From NCBI GenBank assembly GCA_000320545.1, contig ADNK01000432.1:1-56530 (forward strand): a stretch of 56,530 nt of DNA, in the 5' to 3' direction. The DNA is from Bigelowiella natans CCMP2755 (taxonomy: Eukaryota; Protista; Cercozoa). Below are positions 13,401 through 25,958 of this stretch, in pieces. Each line of letters begins with the position of its first letter. Position 1 is the first letter of the stretch. Below the pieces are notes generated by a model, which saw only the letters and a program-made list of their open reading frames with translations, had not been told where the DNA came from and ran no database searches. The position numbers and the translations under genes are program-made.

Positions 13401-14885
13401 CTTCAACTCCGCATGTACCTTCTTGTGCACGGCCTCACGCTTCCTCTGATTCTTCTCTGCGGCCTTGAGCTGTCTGTCCTTAAACTCGAGCTCGGTGACA
13501 AGGGTTCCAATGCGCGATCGCTCCGATTTCAGAGTCGCACGGACCTCTGCCACCTGGGTGAATGTCCATGCAACAGCAGCTTGGTGAGGAGGAGGAGGAC
13601 GAGGGGAGTGGGAGGGGATGCAAGCAGCGGAGGAAAATAATGACATCGCTACATAATCCACCATCTTCATCATTATCATCATTATCATCATCTACAGGTC
13701 GTTCACCTGGTCCTTGAACAGCTCCGTGGCCTTGCTAGCAGCCTCGGCCTTCTTCTGCAGCGCGGCGATACTCTTTTCGTGCGCTTTCTTGGCCTCTTCC
13801 GCTGTCGCGACCTGGCTCTCCAGGCCCCCCCGCGCCTCCGAGAGCTCCTTTTCGAGCTCCGTTACCTTATTCTCCGCCCAAACGCCGTGGGCAAAAAACT
13901 TTGCCTCAAAGTCCTGGCTCGAAGCTCTCGCCTCTTTCAGCTGTGCCTCCAGGTTTGTGCGAGCTTCGGCATGCCGAAATTCCATCTCTTCCATAGCCTC
14001 CGCTTGCTGTGATTTAAGCGCCTCCACCGCCTTCACGTGCACTGCGTTCAGGCTCGACACCTCCTCCTCCCTCGCCGCCGCTGCGTCCATCTTAGCAGCC
14101 TCAACGGCCTGTGCAGTATTGGCCTTCCACTCCGCTCTCTCCCGGGAGTGAACGGTGGTCAAAGCCGCCAGCGCCTCCTTCGCCTCCTTTTGGAGGCGTG
14201 AGTGGTTCTTGGCGTCCGCTGTCATCCTGGTCTGCGCATTGCGGAGCGTTTCCTCCGTGGAGCGACGCGAGTCTTCGGCCTGTTTGAGGTCCTTCCTCAC
14301 AGCAACGAGCAGCTGCGCAACGGCCTGGAGCTTCCCGCGGGTCTCACTGTGCTGCAGTTTCTCCTTCGATCTTTCCGATCGGTGCTGGGTGCGCGCCTTC
14401 TCTATCGCAGCGTCGTGCTTCATGGCGGCCAGCTCCAGACGCTTTATCGTACTGTCGCGCTCGCTCTGGCGTGTTGAAGAAGTAAGTACGTGGCGAAGGG
14501 GAGAGAAAGAGGGGGTGGGTAGAGAAGCGGAGCGATGGGATGAATGTTTCCGAGTAGGAGGACATGTGTGTGTGTGTGTGTGCGCGCGCGCGCGCTCGCG
14601 TGGTGCTACTACCAATTTCTTGTGCAGCTCTTCCATCGCCTTTCGATGTCGGTCCAGAGAGCTCCTTGCTTGATGCTGCTGCTGCTTATTCGCCCTTTCT
14701 ATCTCCTGTGAAAACAGACAGAGAGGGTGAGAATCAGTGAAATAGTGCGGTAGTGAGTGCTTTAGCTTTTCAAAATCTTTTTATATTATATTAATCACAA
14801 CTTGTTGAATAAACTCTACTATATCTTGAAGCCTTCTATCCACTCACCCTTTGTGGATACCCAGATATCTAGACATACCGCTTCT

Positions 14886-14926
<41 letters not shown>

Positions 14927-16881
14927 ATATACACACTCACACAAAATAAGTTATTGTGCGGCTGGACAGAACTCACATTATTATTCCGTTTCTTCTCTTC
15001 ATTCATTCGTCGAATAGCATCGTCACGCTCTCCCTTCAGTGCGGCAAGCTTCCTGTGCATTTGCTCCATCGCCTTCGTGTGGCGCGCCTTTTCCGCTGCT
15101 ACCTCTGTGCGGGAGGAAGAGAGCGAGGGTGAAGAAGAATACTGGTGTGTGCGATTATTGTTCGTCATTCGTCGTAGGTTGTCACGATCTGCTTTCACTT
15201 CGTCGAGTTCGGACTCAAGCTGCTGAAGCTGCTCTAAGAGGTACCTGATTGGTGAAGAACTAGTTGTTAGTTACACCGCTACCGACATTGCTCATGATCG
15301 CGATAACCATCATCATCGTCGCATTATGTTTACTAATCATTCATTTTTCCCCAGAAATGGCGACAGTAGCATTACATGTTGTTGTCCTTCATTTCTTGAA
15401 GCTTTCTGGCATGACGTGCTTGTAGCCCGGACATCTTCTTCCGCCACGTCTCGGCCTCTTTCGCCGCCTGCATTCGCCGGATTTTCTCCTTCGCAAGCGA
15501 TGACGAGGTGGGGGAGGAGGAAGATACTGGAGAGGATGCGACCACCCCCCCCCTTCCTCTGCCAGACGATTTTGGTGTGGCTGTCGTTGTGCTTTCCGTC
15601 GTTAGCACGATGACGTCGCGTATGAGTCCCTAATAAGGAGGAATAGATGGCAGTGATGAGAGCATTCATCATTACGTTATTCCTGTTGTTATTGTCACTG
15701 TCGTCGTCGTTGTTGTTTTTGTTGTTAATAGAGGAGCGTTAGAACAAAAGTGAAATGGTGTGAGATCGATGCGAGGAGAGCTACGGTAAGTATAGCACCC
15801 CAGATTGTAAAGATTGCTGCTGGTGGTGGTGGTGGTGGGACTGCCGCTGGGAATGATGATTCAGGATGGAGGGAGGGAGACGTGTTCTTGGAATCCTGTG
15901 ATTGTGGACAGATATATCATCATCAGGAACAGCCAGATAAAGCAGCGAAAGTCAAGGCTGATCGCCACGCACGGTTGATGTCTTAAGGAGGTTCGTTATT
16001 TTGGTATAATGCTGCGCCTTAATCCTCACTTTATTAAAAAAATCACAGAATACCTCTCTTGTGGTGTGGAGGAAGAAGAAGAAGCAAGATCGACTATTTC
16101 GATCTGTGGTGGCGGCGCGGATAGCTTCTGTCCGTCACCACCGTGTCGCTGCAGCACTTTCATTTCATGCGGCAAGGGGGGGCGCGTCCTTTCGAAGAAA
16201 CATATATTACACAGAGAATGCAGCTGATGGTGGATATAATTCTGGGAGGGAGGTGGGGGTGGAAGGGAGGGTAGCAATGCTGGTAATGAGGAGGAGGAGA
16301 GAACTAAAAACGACACAATGCTAATCTTACGTCCGTATAAATTCGATATCGCTATGAATTTGTCGAGGAGACGGTCTTTTGCTAAGGGGGGGGCAAAGGA
16401 ACATAGACAATAATTAAGGAGAGCGAAAAGAAGCAAAGCGTACCCATCCCTCAAAAGCAGTACTAGCCCATTACACATCATCTCTTGTCGTGATAATATT
16501 GTCTCTATTGTCTTAAAGCTCTGAAGACCTTGCAGGCATGAGGGTTCTTGAGGTGGGCAGTTTGCTCGCCCTACATACGTACACGAACGTGGAACATAAG
16601 AAGCAACTATGTACAAGAATTGATGACGCATACGCTATCTATGAGTCTCCATTAATCGGTACAGGATAGAAAGGGTTCGACTCGAAAACGACAATCAACC
16701 TCTTCGCTGGAGATAGGGGCAGGAAGGCCAGGTCGGAAAACTGCTCACACCGCTAATCGATCCTGTATCCTCCGTCTTTAATCAAAATAAAGATTGCCCG
16801 TGAGGAGGGAGGTGCCTCGTTGCCCCTTCTCGAGCCGCCTCCTCCTCGGAGGATCGTAATGAGAGAGGTTGGACATCGTCG

Positions 16882-16931
<50 letters not shown>

Positions 16932-16941
16932 GCGATTTCAT
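8918..16941 (-). CDS. Large multi-exon nuclear protein: long coiled coil + C2H2 zinc finger + CW-type zinc finger + acidic tail
   Basis: Coiled-coil exons at ~12700-15230. C2H2 motif CLVCLRRFSRRCHLVNHYRAH near 11740-11810. zf-CW motif EEWVQCDMCKKWRQL...LPPMW|FCPMNGWDPLHSSCSQPE is spliced 9982->9749. Stop at 8918. The 5' end (MKSQQQ... at 16941) is tentative. Confidence 0.7.
13173..13258. repeat. Intronic tandem duplication, 2 x 43 bp
   Basis: cgcctcactcaccaccgttcctcacccctctactctatttaca occurs twice in a row, identical. Confidence 0.95.
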
Positions 16942-17102
16942 CAATTCAAGTTGGCCAGTATTAATCTGTAGAATATCGAATTCTACTTTTTTGAAACATG
17001 TTAAAAAACATTCTGGTTATGATATTAGACTGTTTTTTTATCGGAAAACTATCTAAGAAATACTACTTTATCCTCAATTAACCTTTCTCGCTCGGGAAGA
17101 TA
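16942..17102. promoter_or_regulatory. Short AT-rich, probably bidirectional promoter between the zf-CW gene and PUS10
   Basis: About 160 bp, AT-rich and free of microsatellites, between head-to-head ATGs. Depends on the tentative 16941 start. Confidence 0.35.
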
Positions 17103-18244
17103 ATGGCTGCCGTCGGGCCTGTCCTCAGGCTCCTGGATGACCTTCTCGCAAAAAAGGAAGAGATCGCTCCTGCCGCAATATATCTGAGGCGCCAGCTTGC
17201 TTGCTGCGGTCCTGTGATAATTATTGGGGGATTGAGAGGGGGGTTGAGAAGAAGTGAGACGCATTATGCCAATATTTCTATGGTTTTTCCATCCAGCAAC
17301 ATGCACGCTACGGATGCTGAATGTCCAAGGCAGGACTCTAGCAAAGACAGGTGGGGTAACAAGGCCTATTTATTCACAGTTCGTAATTTGAACTGGCAGC
17401 AACGACGTTATCTAGAAAAATATTACAAATAGCTCATCGCAAGTCGATAACCCACCGCTGTCTGGCTCCCCCCCTTAGCTATCAAGGACCAGAAAGAGAT
17501 TGTTGATAAGCTGGTCGGCAGGTAATGACAGCATCAAAGCAGGGGGGGGGGGAGAAGGAGAGGGTGAGAGAATTTCTCTGTTGTTTTCCGATTGTTTCGC
17601 TAACTACTAATTCCATCAGCACCGAAGAGAAGGAGGAGAAGAGGGAGGAGGAGAGGAGAGGTAGCACTGCTGTGTGCCGTTTGTGCTGGGGCATCTTCTC
17701 GGATCTAGGTGAGATTAACAAGGAGGAACTCCGATTCCTGGAAATCGCTAAGCAGCAAGTGCATGCATCAGGTAAAAACTACAGACTCGGCAAGCAACCC
17801 CCCCCCCCCCACCCCTCTCATTTGGTTCTACACTGCTTCTTAGGGTATGAGTTCAAGGACTTCAAGTGTGCTTTTGCGGTGATAAGGATCACGATGCTCC
17901 TAATACTCCTGCCCTGCTGCCCTGCTGCTGAAATTGAGGATGATGCGGATGATGATGATATGATCAAAAACCATAGTTGCACAAAATACATGATATCAAC
18001 CACTTTTTCTGCCCGGTGAGATGAGTTTCCCTGTGGCAAAGAGAGAATCTCTCGAGTCTATTTTTGGCGACCAGACATTCTAATTACCCTCCTATGCTTT
18101 ATATTCCCGCTGACACAGATACCGGCGACTCTCGATCTCCGATCACGTAGCGCCTACCTTGATCTGAGCACGACGTTTCCCGATATTTTCCCGTCGATGA
18201 CGGTCCTGCGCACCAATTGCCACTACCAAGCTTTAACTTTCTCT

Positions 18245-18287
<43 letters not shown>

Positions 18288-18945
18288 CCGGCACACAATG
18301 CTATGCTAGATATATTCAACACATCGAAGGCCATCCACGTGCATATTGAAGAATGCAAACGATGTAAATGCCCACCGTATTGATAACCACTCGCAGCCCA
18401 CCAGCGGTATGGCAAAAGGGGGGGAAACCGCTGCGAGTAAAATGGAAGTTGAGCAGGAAGGCAGCAACGACAAGAAGGAGAACAACTCGAGAAAGCTGGA
18501 GGAAGACGCTGCCGCTGAAGCTAAGGCTACTGATCCGATTACTTCGTCTGTGATGACGACGGGATCGAGGAAGCGACCTCGCAATGAGCCATCTTGGTCA
18601 ATGCATTACTACAGCTACATCAAGGAAATTCTGAGCGAAATCGTCTTGGTAAGTTGACTGAAACAATGGTGATGACGACGGCGACAGCAACGACGATCAT
18701 GAAAATGCTTGCTTGTCGTGGTAGTGGCTGAGGCAACTGCAGTATTCGCATGATCTGTCAGTAATACGGGAAAGACAAAAGCGAGGAATAATGGAGGAAG
18801 AGACGGCATGCGAGTGGAGGGGAGTGGAGGGGGGGGAGGAAGGGGGCCAGGAGAAAAATAGCTCTCAGCTCTCATCCTACTCTATGCTTCTCCTAACTCT
18901 GTTGTGCTAACGTTTGTCAGCTGCGCGCACCTGGACTTTTCCAGC

Positions 18946-18977
<32 letters not shown>

Positions 18978-19303
18978 CAACAATCTTCGTCGTCGTCGTC
19001 ATCATCATCGGCAGCAGCACCATCATCCTTCTCACAGCTGGTACTACCGTATAACAAGAACAGTCGTTTCAGCATCCGCGTCGAGTTCACGAACGCTGCC
19101 AGCTTGAAGGCCGATCAGGAGGCCATGCGTGACATGCTCATAAACGTGACAAAGGACTTTATCTGCAGCAGCGGCAGCGGCAACAAAAACGCCTCGAACC
19201 GAAGCAAGAGGGTCGGCCGTCGAAGGGGGTGCGTGAATAGTGAGGAAGAAGAAGAAGAAAGATGGAGAAGAATAACAGCCATACATGCCCATGCGTCCAA
19301 TGT

Positions 19304-19366
<63 letters not shown>

Positions 19367-19806
19367 TATTTGTGGGCGCTTGAGCTGTGGAGCACTGATG
19401 TATCTTGTAGTAGTCGAAAGAGGTATTATGAATACAAATGCACCAATGACGGAAACCAGGCACGTTGTTCTGAGGTGTAGATGACCGTAACGCATAAACA
19501 AAAATCGGTAGGAAAAATCCGTTCTCAAGGCAGACGCTCGGCGCTTGCATATCTCTCGTCTCTCGCGAAGATTTCGCAAAAGCGGATTTCCTCCCCCCCC
19601 CCCCAGTGCAACCCGGTAGTAACACTGGGATTCGTGTCATCGTATCTCATGCCCCCGCCTTCATGAAGGGGCGATATCTGAAATTGACGAGAAATCTGTC
19701 GCAAACACCGTGGATACTCGAGGATGATAGCCGGAAAACGGAGTCATCAGTCCAGGAGGAGGTGCGTGCGTGCGTACGTACGTGTCTCTCATTAGAGCGT
19801 CAAAGC

Positions 19807-19838
<32 letters not shown>

Positions 19839-20366
19839 TTCGTGATCTTCAATGGTGTGTGCGGTTGACATCAATACACGGGGCCGTAGATTGTGTATTT
19901 TCATGTATGAGTCTTTCTATCTGTATTCCAGAGATTTGTCCGAATTCCTTTCTCACTGTACACAATATCATCGAATATGCATATATTTTCTTCCCTCATG
20001 CAACAAGCGACGTCCCCCCCCGTTTTTCAATCGATAGATCCTGCGGCACATGCTCCCCGTCTTTATTGCCAAATCCGCCAAGTTCCACACCGGTGGCCGC
20101 GAGGATGCAGATGTGAGAATGCTGGGGAGCGGGCGGCCATTCGTGATGGAGCTCACAGAGCCGAAACACGGGTATGTTTCTAGCGAAAAGGTGCAAGATA
20201 TGGCTGACAAAATCAATGCTCCTGGAGCCATCGTAAATGTAAGAGGCCTGGAGCTTTGCGAAGATGGGAGAAAGGATGTGCTGGAACTTACCAAGGCTGC
20301 GCAGCACAAGAAAAAAGAGTGAGTCACCTTGCATTGCCCTGTGTGCAGGCTCCTACCTGTTGGCAT

Positions 20367-20410
<44 letters not shown>

Positions 20411-20748
20411 GTGAGAGAGAGAGGGAGTGAAAGAGAGGCTAGCAGGTAAAAAGAGGAGGGTATGAGAGCGCTTTGAGTGTGCACGAGAGTGTTCAAATCA
20501 GCGATAATGGCAATAATTCTACAGGTACAGAGCTCGCATTTACCTAACACGTCGCTTGGAAACAAAATTTGTCGAAAAGACGTTGCATGCAAAAGAGCCC
20601 TTCACGGTAGGTTTTCAAAAAGAGGGGAGGAGATCAAATAGTTGACGCATGAACACCCGCGGAGCAGTACGTGCAGTTTCTCCTTTCGCAATGACGATCG
20701 ATTATAGCTACACACACACATACACACATACCCTAACTAACACAGAAA

Positions 20749-20792
<44 letters not shown>

Positions 20793-21281
20793 CCCCGAAC
20801 CTCGTAGCTGATGCAGAAGACTCCCATTCGAGTTCTACACCGCCGCACGCTTTTGACACGGCCAAAGACAATCTTCTCGCTGCGGGTGGCGCGGTGGCTC
20901 GGACCGCAGCTGTTTGATCTAGTAATGGTGTCCTCCGCGGGCACTTACATCAAGGAGTTCTGCCACGGCGATCGCGGTCGCACGCAGCCATATCTTGGGG
21001 AAATCCTAGGCTGTCAAAGCGACATCCTTCAGCTTGACGTGACGAATCTTATTGAGGAGGAGGAGGAGGATGGAGGAAGGGAAAAGGAAGGAAAACAGGA
21101 TGTTGGTGACGGCGGCAAAGAGAAGAAGGAGGGTAGCAGTGGCCCAATCATGGAACGAGAGAAGCAAGAGTCTTTGGCTTCCACTGGTCAGAACAGCGGG
21201 ATTAATCGAGAGACGAATGCAGATACTGAGGAGCCAAAGAGTAAGATGGCGAAAATTGCTACATCATCAACGACTAGCTAG
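17103..21281 (+). CDS. PUS10: tRNA pseudouridine(54/55) synthase Pus10
   Basis: Motifs GRYLKLTRNLSQTPW, KFHTGGREDADVRMLGSGRPFVMEL (catalytic Asp), QKTPIRVLHRR and AGTYIKEFCHGDRGRTQP...DILQLDV. Multi-exon; an N-terminal CRLC motif is present. Confidence 0.95.
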
Positions 21282-21892
21282 CCTAGTAAGCTATCTAGCT
21301 ATGCTGCCACATACTCAAGTTTCGATGCGTCGAGTGCAATTCCTACTTTGATTTTCAGAATGAGGTCCATGCGTCGTCTAAATAAATGCATGCTAGCATG
21401 ATGTGCAGCATGCATGTGTGCACAGGCATCATCATGATCATCATGATCATCCGATAGCTGCCTAGCTGCGCTCACTCCGTCTAGCGATGCGCTACACACC
21501 TAAACATCTAGACGTGCCCTAACAACTAGCTAAGCCTAGATGCGCAGCGCATTGTATGCAACATATCATTAATGTATTGTTCAAATATTTCGCATGCTAG
21601 CATGTGCACCAGTATATGCGAACGTTTCCTTGCACGTATGAACGTGTCAGGCTATAGCAGGCCGGAGAGCAGCACTATCATTACACATATTGCATGCACC
21701 ACATAGCGACGAATTCACGTCAAGACGTGTGCCAACAGCAGTGCGGATTTACGGTTGTCGAATTTATTCAATTCATGATAAACTGGTGATTATCACATTC
21801 TTTCATCAGCCACATATCGCTCTGGCGATGACGACAATAATGATCATGATCATAGGCTGCATCTTTCCACTACTAGATCGGTACTTCTGCAT

Positions 21893-22281
21893 TTACAAAG
21901 CAACCTCATCCCAGGTTCGCCTCCCCTTCGGCTTTGTCTCGGGGCCACGCTCTCCTCGGTGAATGTCGACGATGGTGTCCATCATCTTGCCAGTCAATGC
22001 GGTCGGCTTGGTAACGTCCAAGTCTGCGACGTCAAAACAGCAAAGAGAAGATGAGAATGAGAGGCGAAGACGCAGCAGCAGGAGAATAACGTGTTCATAC
22101 AGCGATGGTGAGAATAGTAGTGTTGACGGATAATATCACTGGTCATTCTTCTACTCCCACAAGGAAGATAAAGGAAATAGAGATAGAGGAAGAGATTGAG
22201 ATAGAGAGGGGGGGGGGGGGGGAGGGAGAGAGGGAGAGCACAGGAAAGCTCACGTGGAGGGAGTGCTACCCTCCTATCATT

Positions 22282-22316
<35 letters not shown>

Positions 22317-22872
22317 GATTACACGTCACCTTCGAGGGTGAGCACCATAGGAGGCACGACGTTGTCGTACTGGTCCTGCAGCACTTGATCCTCGGTCATG
22401 ATGGCTACTTGAGGCAGGACCATGCGGAGATTTTCAAGAGCATACCCCATCATCCTAGCAACTTTCGTTGGGACTGGTGCGGCGTTGGAGATCCGAAGGT
22501 AAAGCTGATCGTGGAGCTCCTCGATGACGTTCTTCATCTGAAGGACTTCAGGGCCTGCCAACGACCGACAGGAGATAATAGGTTTTAGAACGAGAAGGGG
22601 CAGAAAAGAACCCCCAAAAAAGGTCATCAAATTACTATTACCTCCAATGTAGTAGGTCTTTCCCTTGGTGTCTGACTTGACGATGGTGTTCGCTACGGCA
22701 TCAGCAACGTCCACCACGTACACGGGCTGCACCAGCTGGTCACCGTGGTTAATCAGCGGGGTGAATGGCGCCTGGTTTGCGAACGAGCAATACCTACGGA
22801 CATCATAGCGAAACAAAAGAAGAAGTTATCGTGGCACCCCTATGCTTCTTGATATGGTTCCATTGAGTTGTA

Positions 22873-22924
<52 letters not shown>

Positions 22925-24625
22925 GTGTGTGTGTGTGTGTGTGAATATTTGTCCAGGTATATATTCAATCCATAATGTCACTATGAGCGGCGTAGTGCGT
23001 ACTTGGTGATAAACTTGTCTTGGAGGCCGAACATTCGTGTGACTTTAAGTGTCGTAGCATCTGGAAACTCGGAATGGAGGAGCTCGTCCGCCTCCGCCTG
23101 CGATAAAAGTATAAGATAGCGAGGGGTCAGGGCCTGGACTACTTGTGGAGTTGTGGGGGAGGATAATCATTCAAATCCTTCGCGTAAAGCTGCGACGACC
23201 GGATGGATGGGCTGTTTAGACATCATTCTCAGATAATAAAATGAATCGGTACATTGGCCTGCAGCCACGGGGACTCCGAGTCCAGCGAAGCATTCACAGC
23301 GGAGATGTTCACAATACGGCTGACGCCCGCTTTCTTGCATGCCTGTTGTTGAGAGGGAGGAGTAGCAGGAAGGGGAGGGAGGACCAAGAGAGAGAGGGAG
23401 GACGGTTACAATTGGCAATTGAGAGGGTTTGGATTGAAGATGAGAATAGGCACACATAATAGGCAGACAGACAGAAAGATAGAGACGCAGAAATGTATAT
23501 AGAGAAAAGAGATGGTGGTGGTGGTGGTGGTGGCGGTGGTGGTGGGAAAGATGATGGCCTCGAGAACAAATTCTACAGGGCGATTTCCAACGCAATTCTG
23601 GAGCCCTGAAGCTCCGCATGTACTTATCTATGATCGTCTTTCTAACATCTACACAGCTGATGAAAAGCGGCAGCAGCAGCAGCAGTAGCAGATACACACC
23701 TCAACGATGGTCTTGGTAGAATCCACGTAGGTCTGCCGGTAAGAGAAGTTTCGCGTGGCGTACTCATTGCCGATACAGTTGATCACCACGTTGGACTTCG
23801 AGACTGCTGCCTCCACCGACGCTGGATCACGAATATCGAAAGGGACAGCTACGATTTGTCCAAGATCTCCCATCATCTTGAGAGGTCGGATACTCATTCC
23901 ATCCCCACGGAATGGAGTCACGACCCTCGATCCAATCTTACCTGCGATAGGTGAAGATGCGGCATTTATTAGGATTATGTGGCGATGAGTCATGATAAGC
24001 TGCCGCATATCAAAGTATAATACAGCATGCAGTAGCGTATGTCTTGATCATTGCTGTTGCTACGGTGTCGTTTGCTTCATATTACCTAGATTGTTGACCA
24101 CGTGTGGGCCCAAGAAGCCAGAGCAACCGAAGACCGTGGCTGTCACTCCACTGAAGGAAGACCGTCCTCCCACCTTGAATTCTGGCACAGATTCTATTGC
24201 GCTTTGCTGTACAGGAGTACTGCTATGGACCTGTCCAAGGAAGATTTATTTTATTTAATTAGGCAGAAAGTATGTAAAAAGTCCATGAAAAAAACAATGT
24301 TGATTAAACACACAGATTTATTTTGATGTACGAGCAAAAAGCGGGCCGATCCTTCGACTTAACTTGTGAAAAGAAGATAGAAAAATAGAATCCTAAAAAG
24401 GGGAAGAGGAGTGAGAGAAACCTGCATTCTCTGGGCCGCGGCCACGAAGTTCAATCGGGCGCCTGACAGAACCGTTCGCAAAATTATTTTCATGCGTCAG
24501 AACATAGGATAACATCTATCTATATTGCCTCCATTAAATGCGAGGTGATATTAAAGAGAATCCACACAAAAGGAATGGGTGAAGAGGGGGGGGCTACATG
24601 ATGGCCTGAGGCGTGCGGGCAACAT
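21893..24625 (-). CDS. NDUFA9: NADH dehydrogenase (ubiquinone) 1 alpha subcomplex subunit 9 (39 kDa SDR-fold subunit)
   Basis: [48 protein letters not shown]...[18 protein letters not shown] and GPEV motifs. Basic N-terminal presequence; start is 24625 or alternatively 24493. TAA at 21893. Confidence 0.95.
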
Positions 24626-25958
24626 CTTGGGTCGATTGAACCACTCAGACTCTGTGAATATCAAATCAATTTGATAATGATATAAAATACCGTATATTTT
24701 ATTATGGAGATATCACATGGATGAAGTCGTTCTATATTATATAGAAAATTTAACACTCCCCAACCACAGATTTGTTCTGGGCAGTCCATGGGAAGCGATA
24801 CTGGCTACAAGTGTGGTCAAAATGTAGTTCATTATGTATTAACGGCATTTTATATTTGTAGTCGTAATATATAATCGAAAGGCTTTCACTATTTCAGTTC
24901 TCTGATTGAGCCTGTAAATCAGCTCTATTCCGGCTAATAATTTTCACCTCCATCGCTATTTATGGCTATTTTGAGGATAAAATTATTGACGTAAGTAATT
25001 TATTTGCGGAAGATTATGTCAAACATAGAGAAATCCGCGCTTTTTCAACTCTTCAGTACGACGGGAAGATCTGACAGCTAAATAAACTAAGTTTGATGGT
25101 AATAATTCCAGTTCTACTTCAGCTGAAAGATGTACATGTGTGAAATAAAATTGTAAAAAGATATACGACTTGATTTTACCCTTACATATATCCTTTTCTT
25201 CCCAATATTGCTGAAGTGTATATTTCAAAATGTATCAATACAGCTTAAATACAAAATAGTATCAAATTTGTTTACTAATCGTTTTTACGTCATAAAAAAT
25301 TGATAATTTAGTTTAGAATTACTGGATTTAATTGGAATAGATATCTAATCTTTATACTGATCAAAATCTCCGGCTTCTTAATTTCATCCCAAATAGCTTC
25401 AGACAGCCGCATTCGGATTCTGCTACATTTTTAAAATGCTGCTTTCAGCTTTCGAAGTCGTAAGGTATCAAGACCAGACATTTTTGGAAGATTCATAATA
25501 ATTTTGCCGTATACCTCGAGCATGTCTCATTTTGTTGGGTTTTCATAGTTAAAACGAATTGAGCAACTGATGGGGTATTTTTTAAAAAGACAACAAAAAT
25601 TATGTTTTACATCGCAAAATATCCTGTAATTTTGATTATCGTGCCAAAACCTTAGCGCTATTTTGCCTAGTTTCAGGAGGAGTTTCCGCTTCTCACCAAA
25701 ACCGCTGGGGGAAGCGCGGGAAGCACGGAAGCTTACTACGAAAGCGCTTGGGTGGACACTTGCGGGCAAAGAATCTCGAGAAAGGTAATTGATTTTTCTT
25801 CCTTCTGCCTGATAGGGTAGTGCCAAATCGGTAGATTACCTGGGGTCACTTAAAACCCAGCACTAATATTTCGAATGAGCAGTGAATGACTGATGTTGCC
25901 TGTCTCCAAAATCAGGGTTGTGTAATTTGAAGCTGCTAGTCCGCGTGTAAGATTTATC

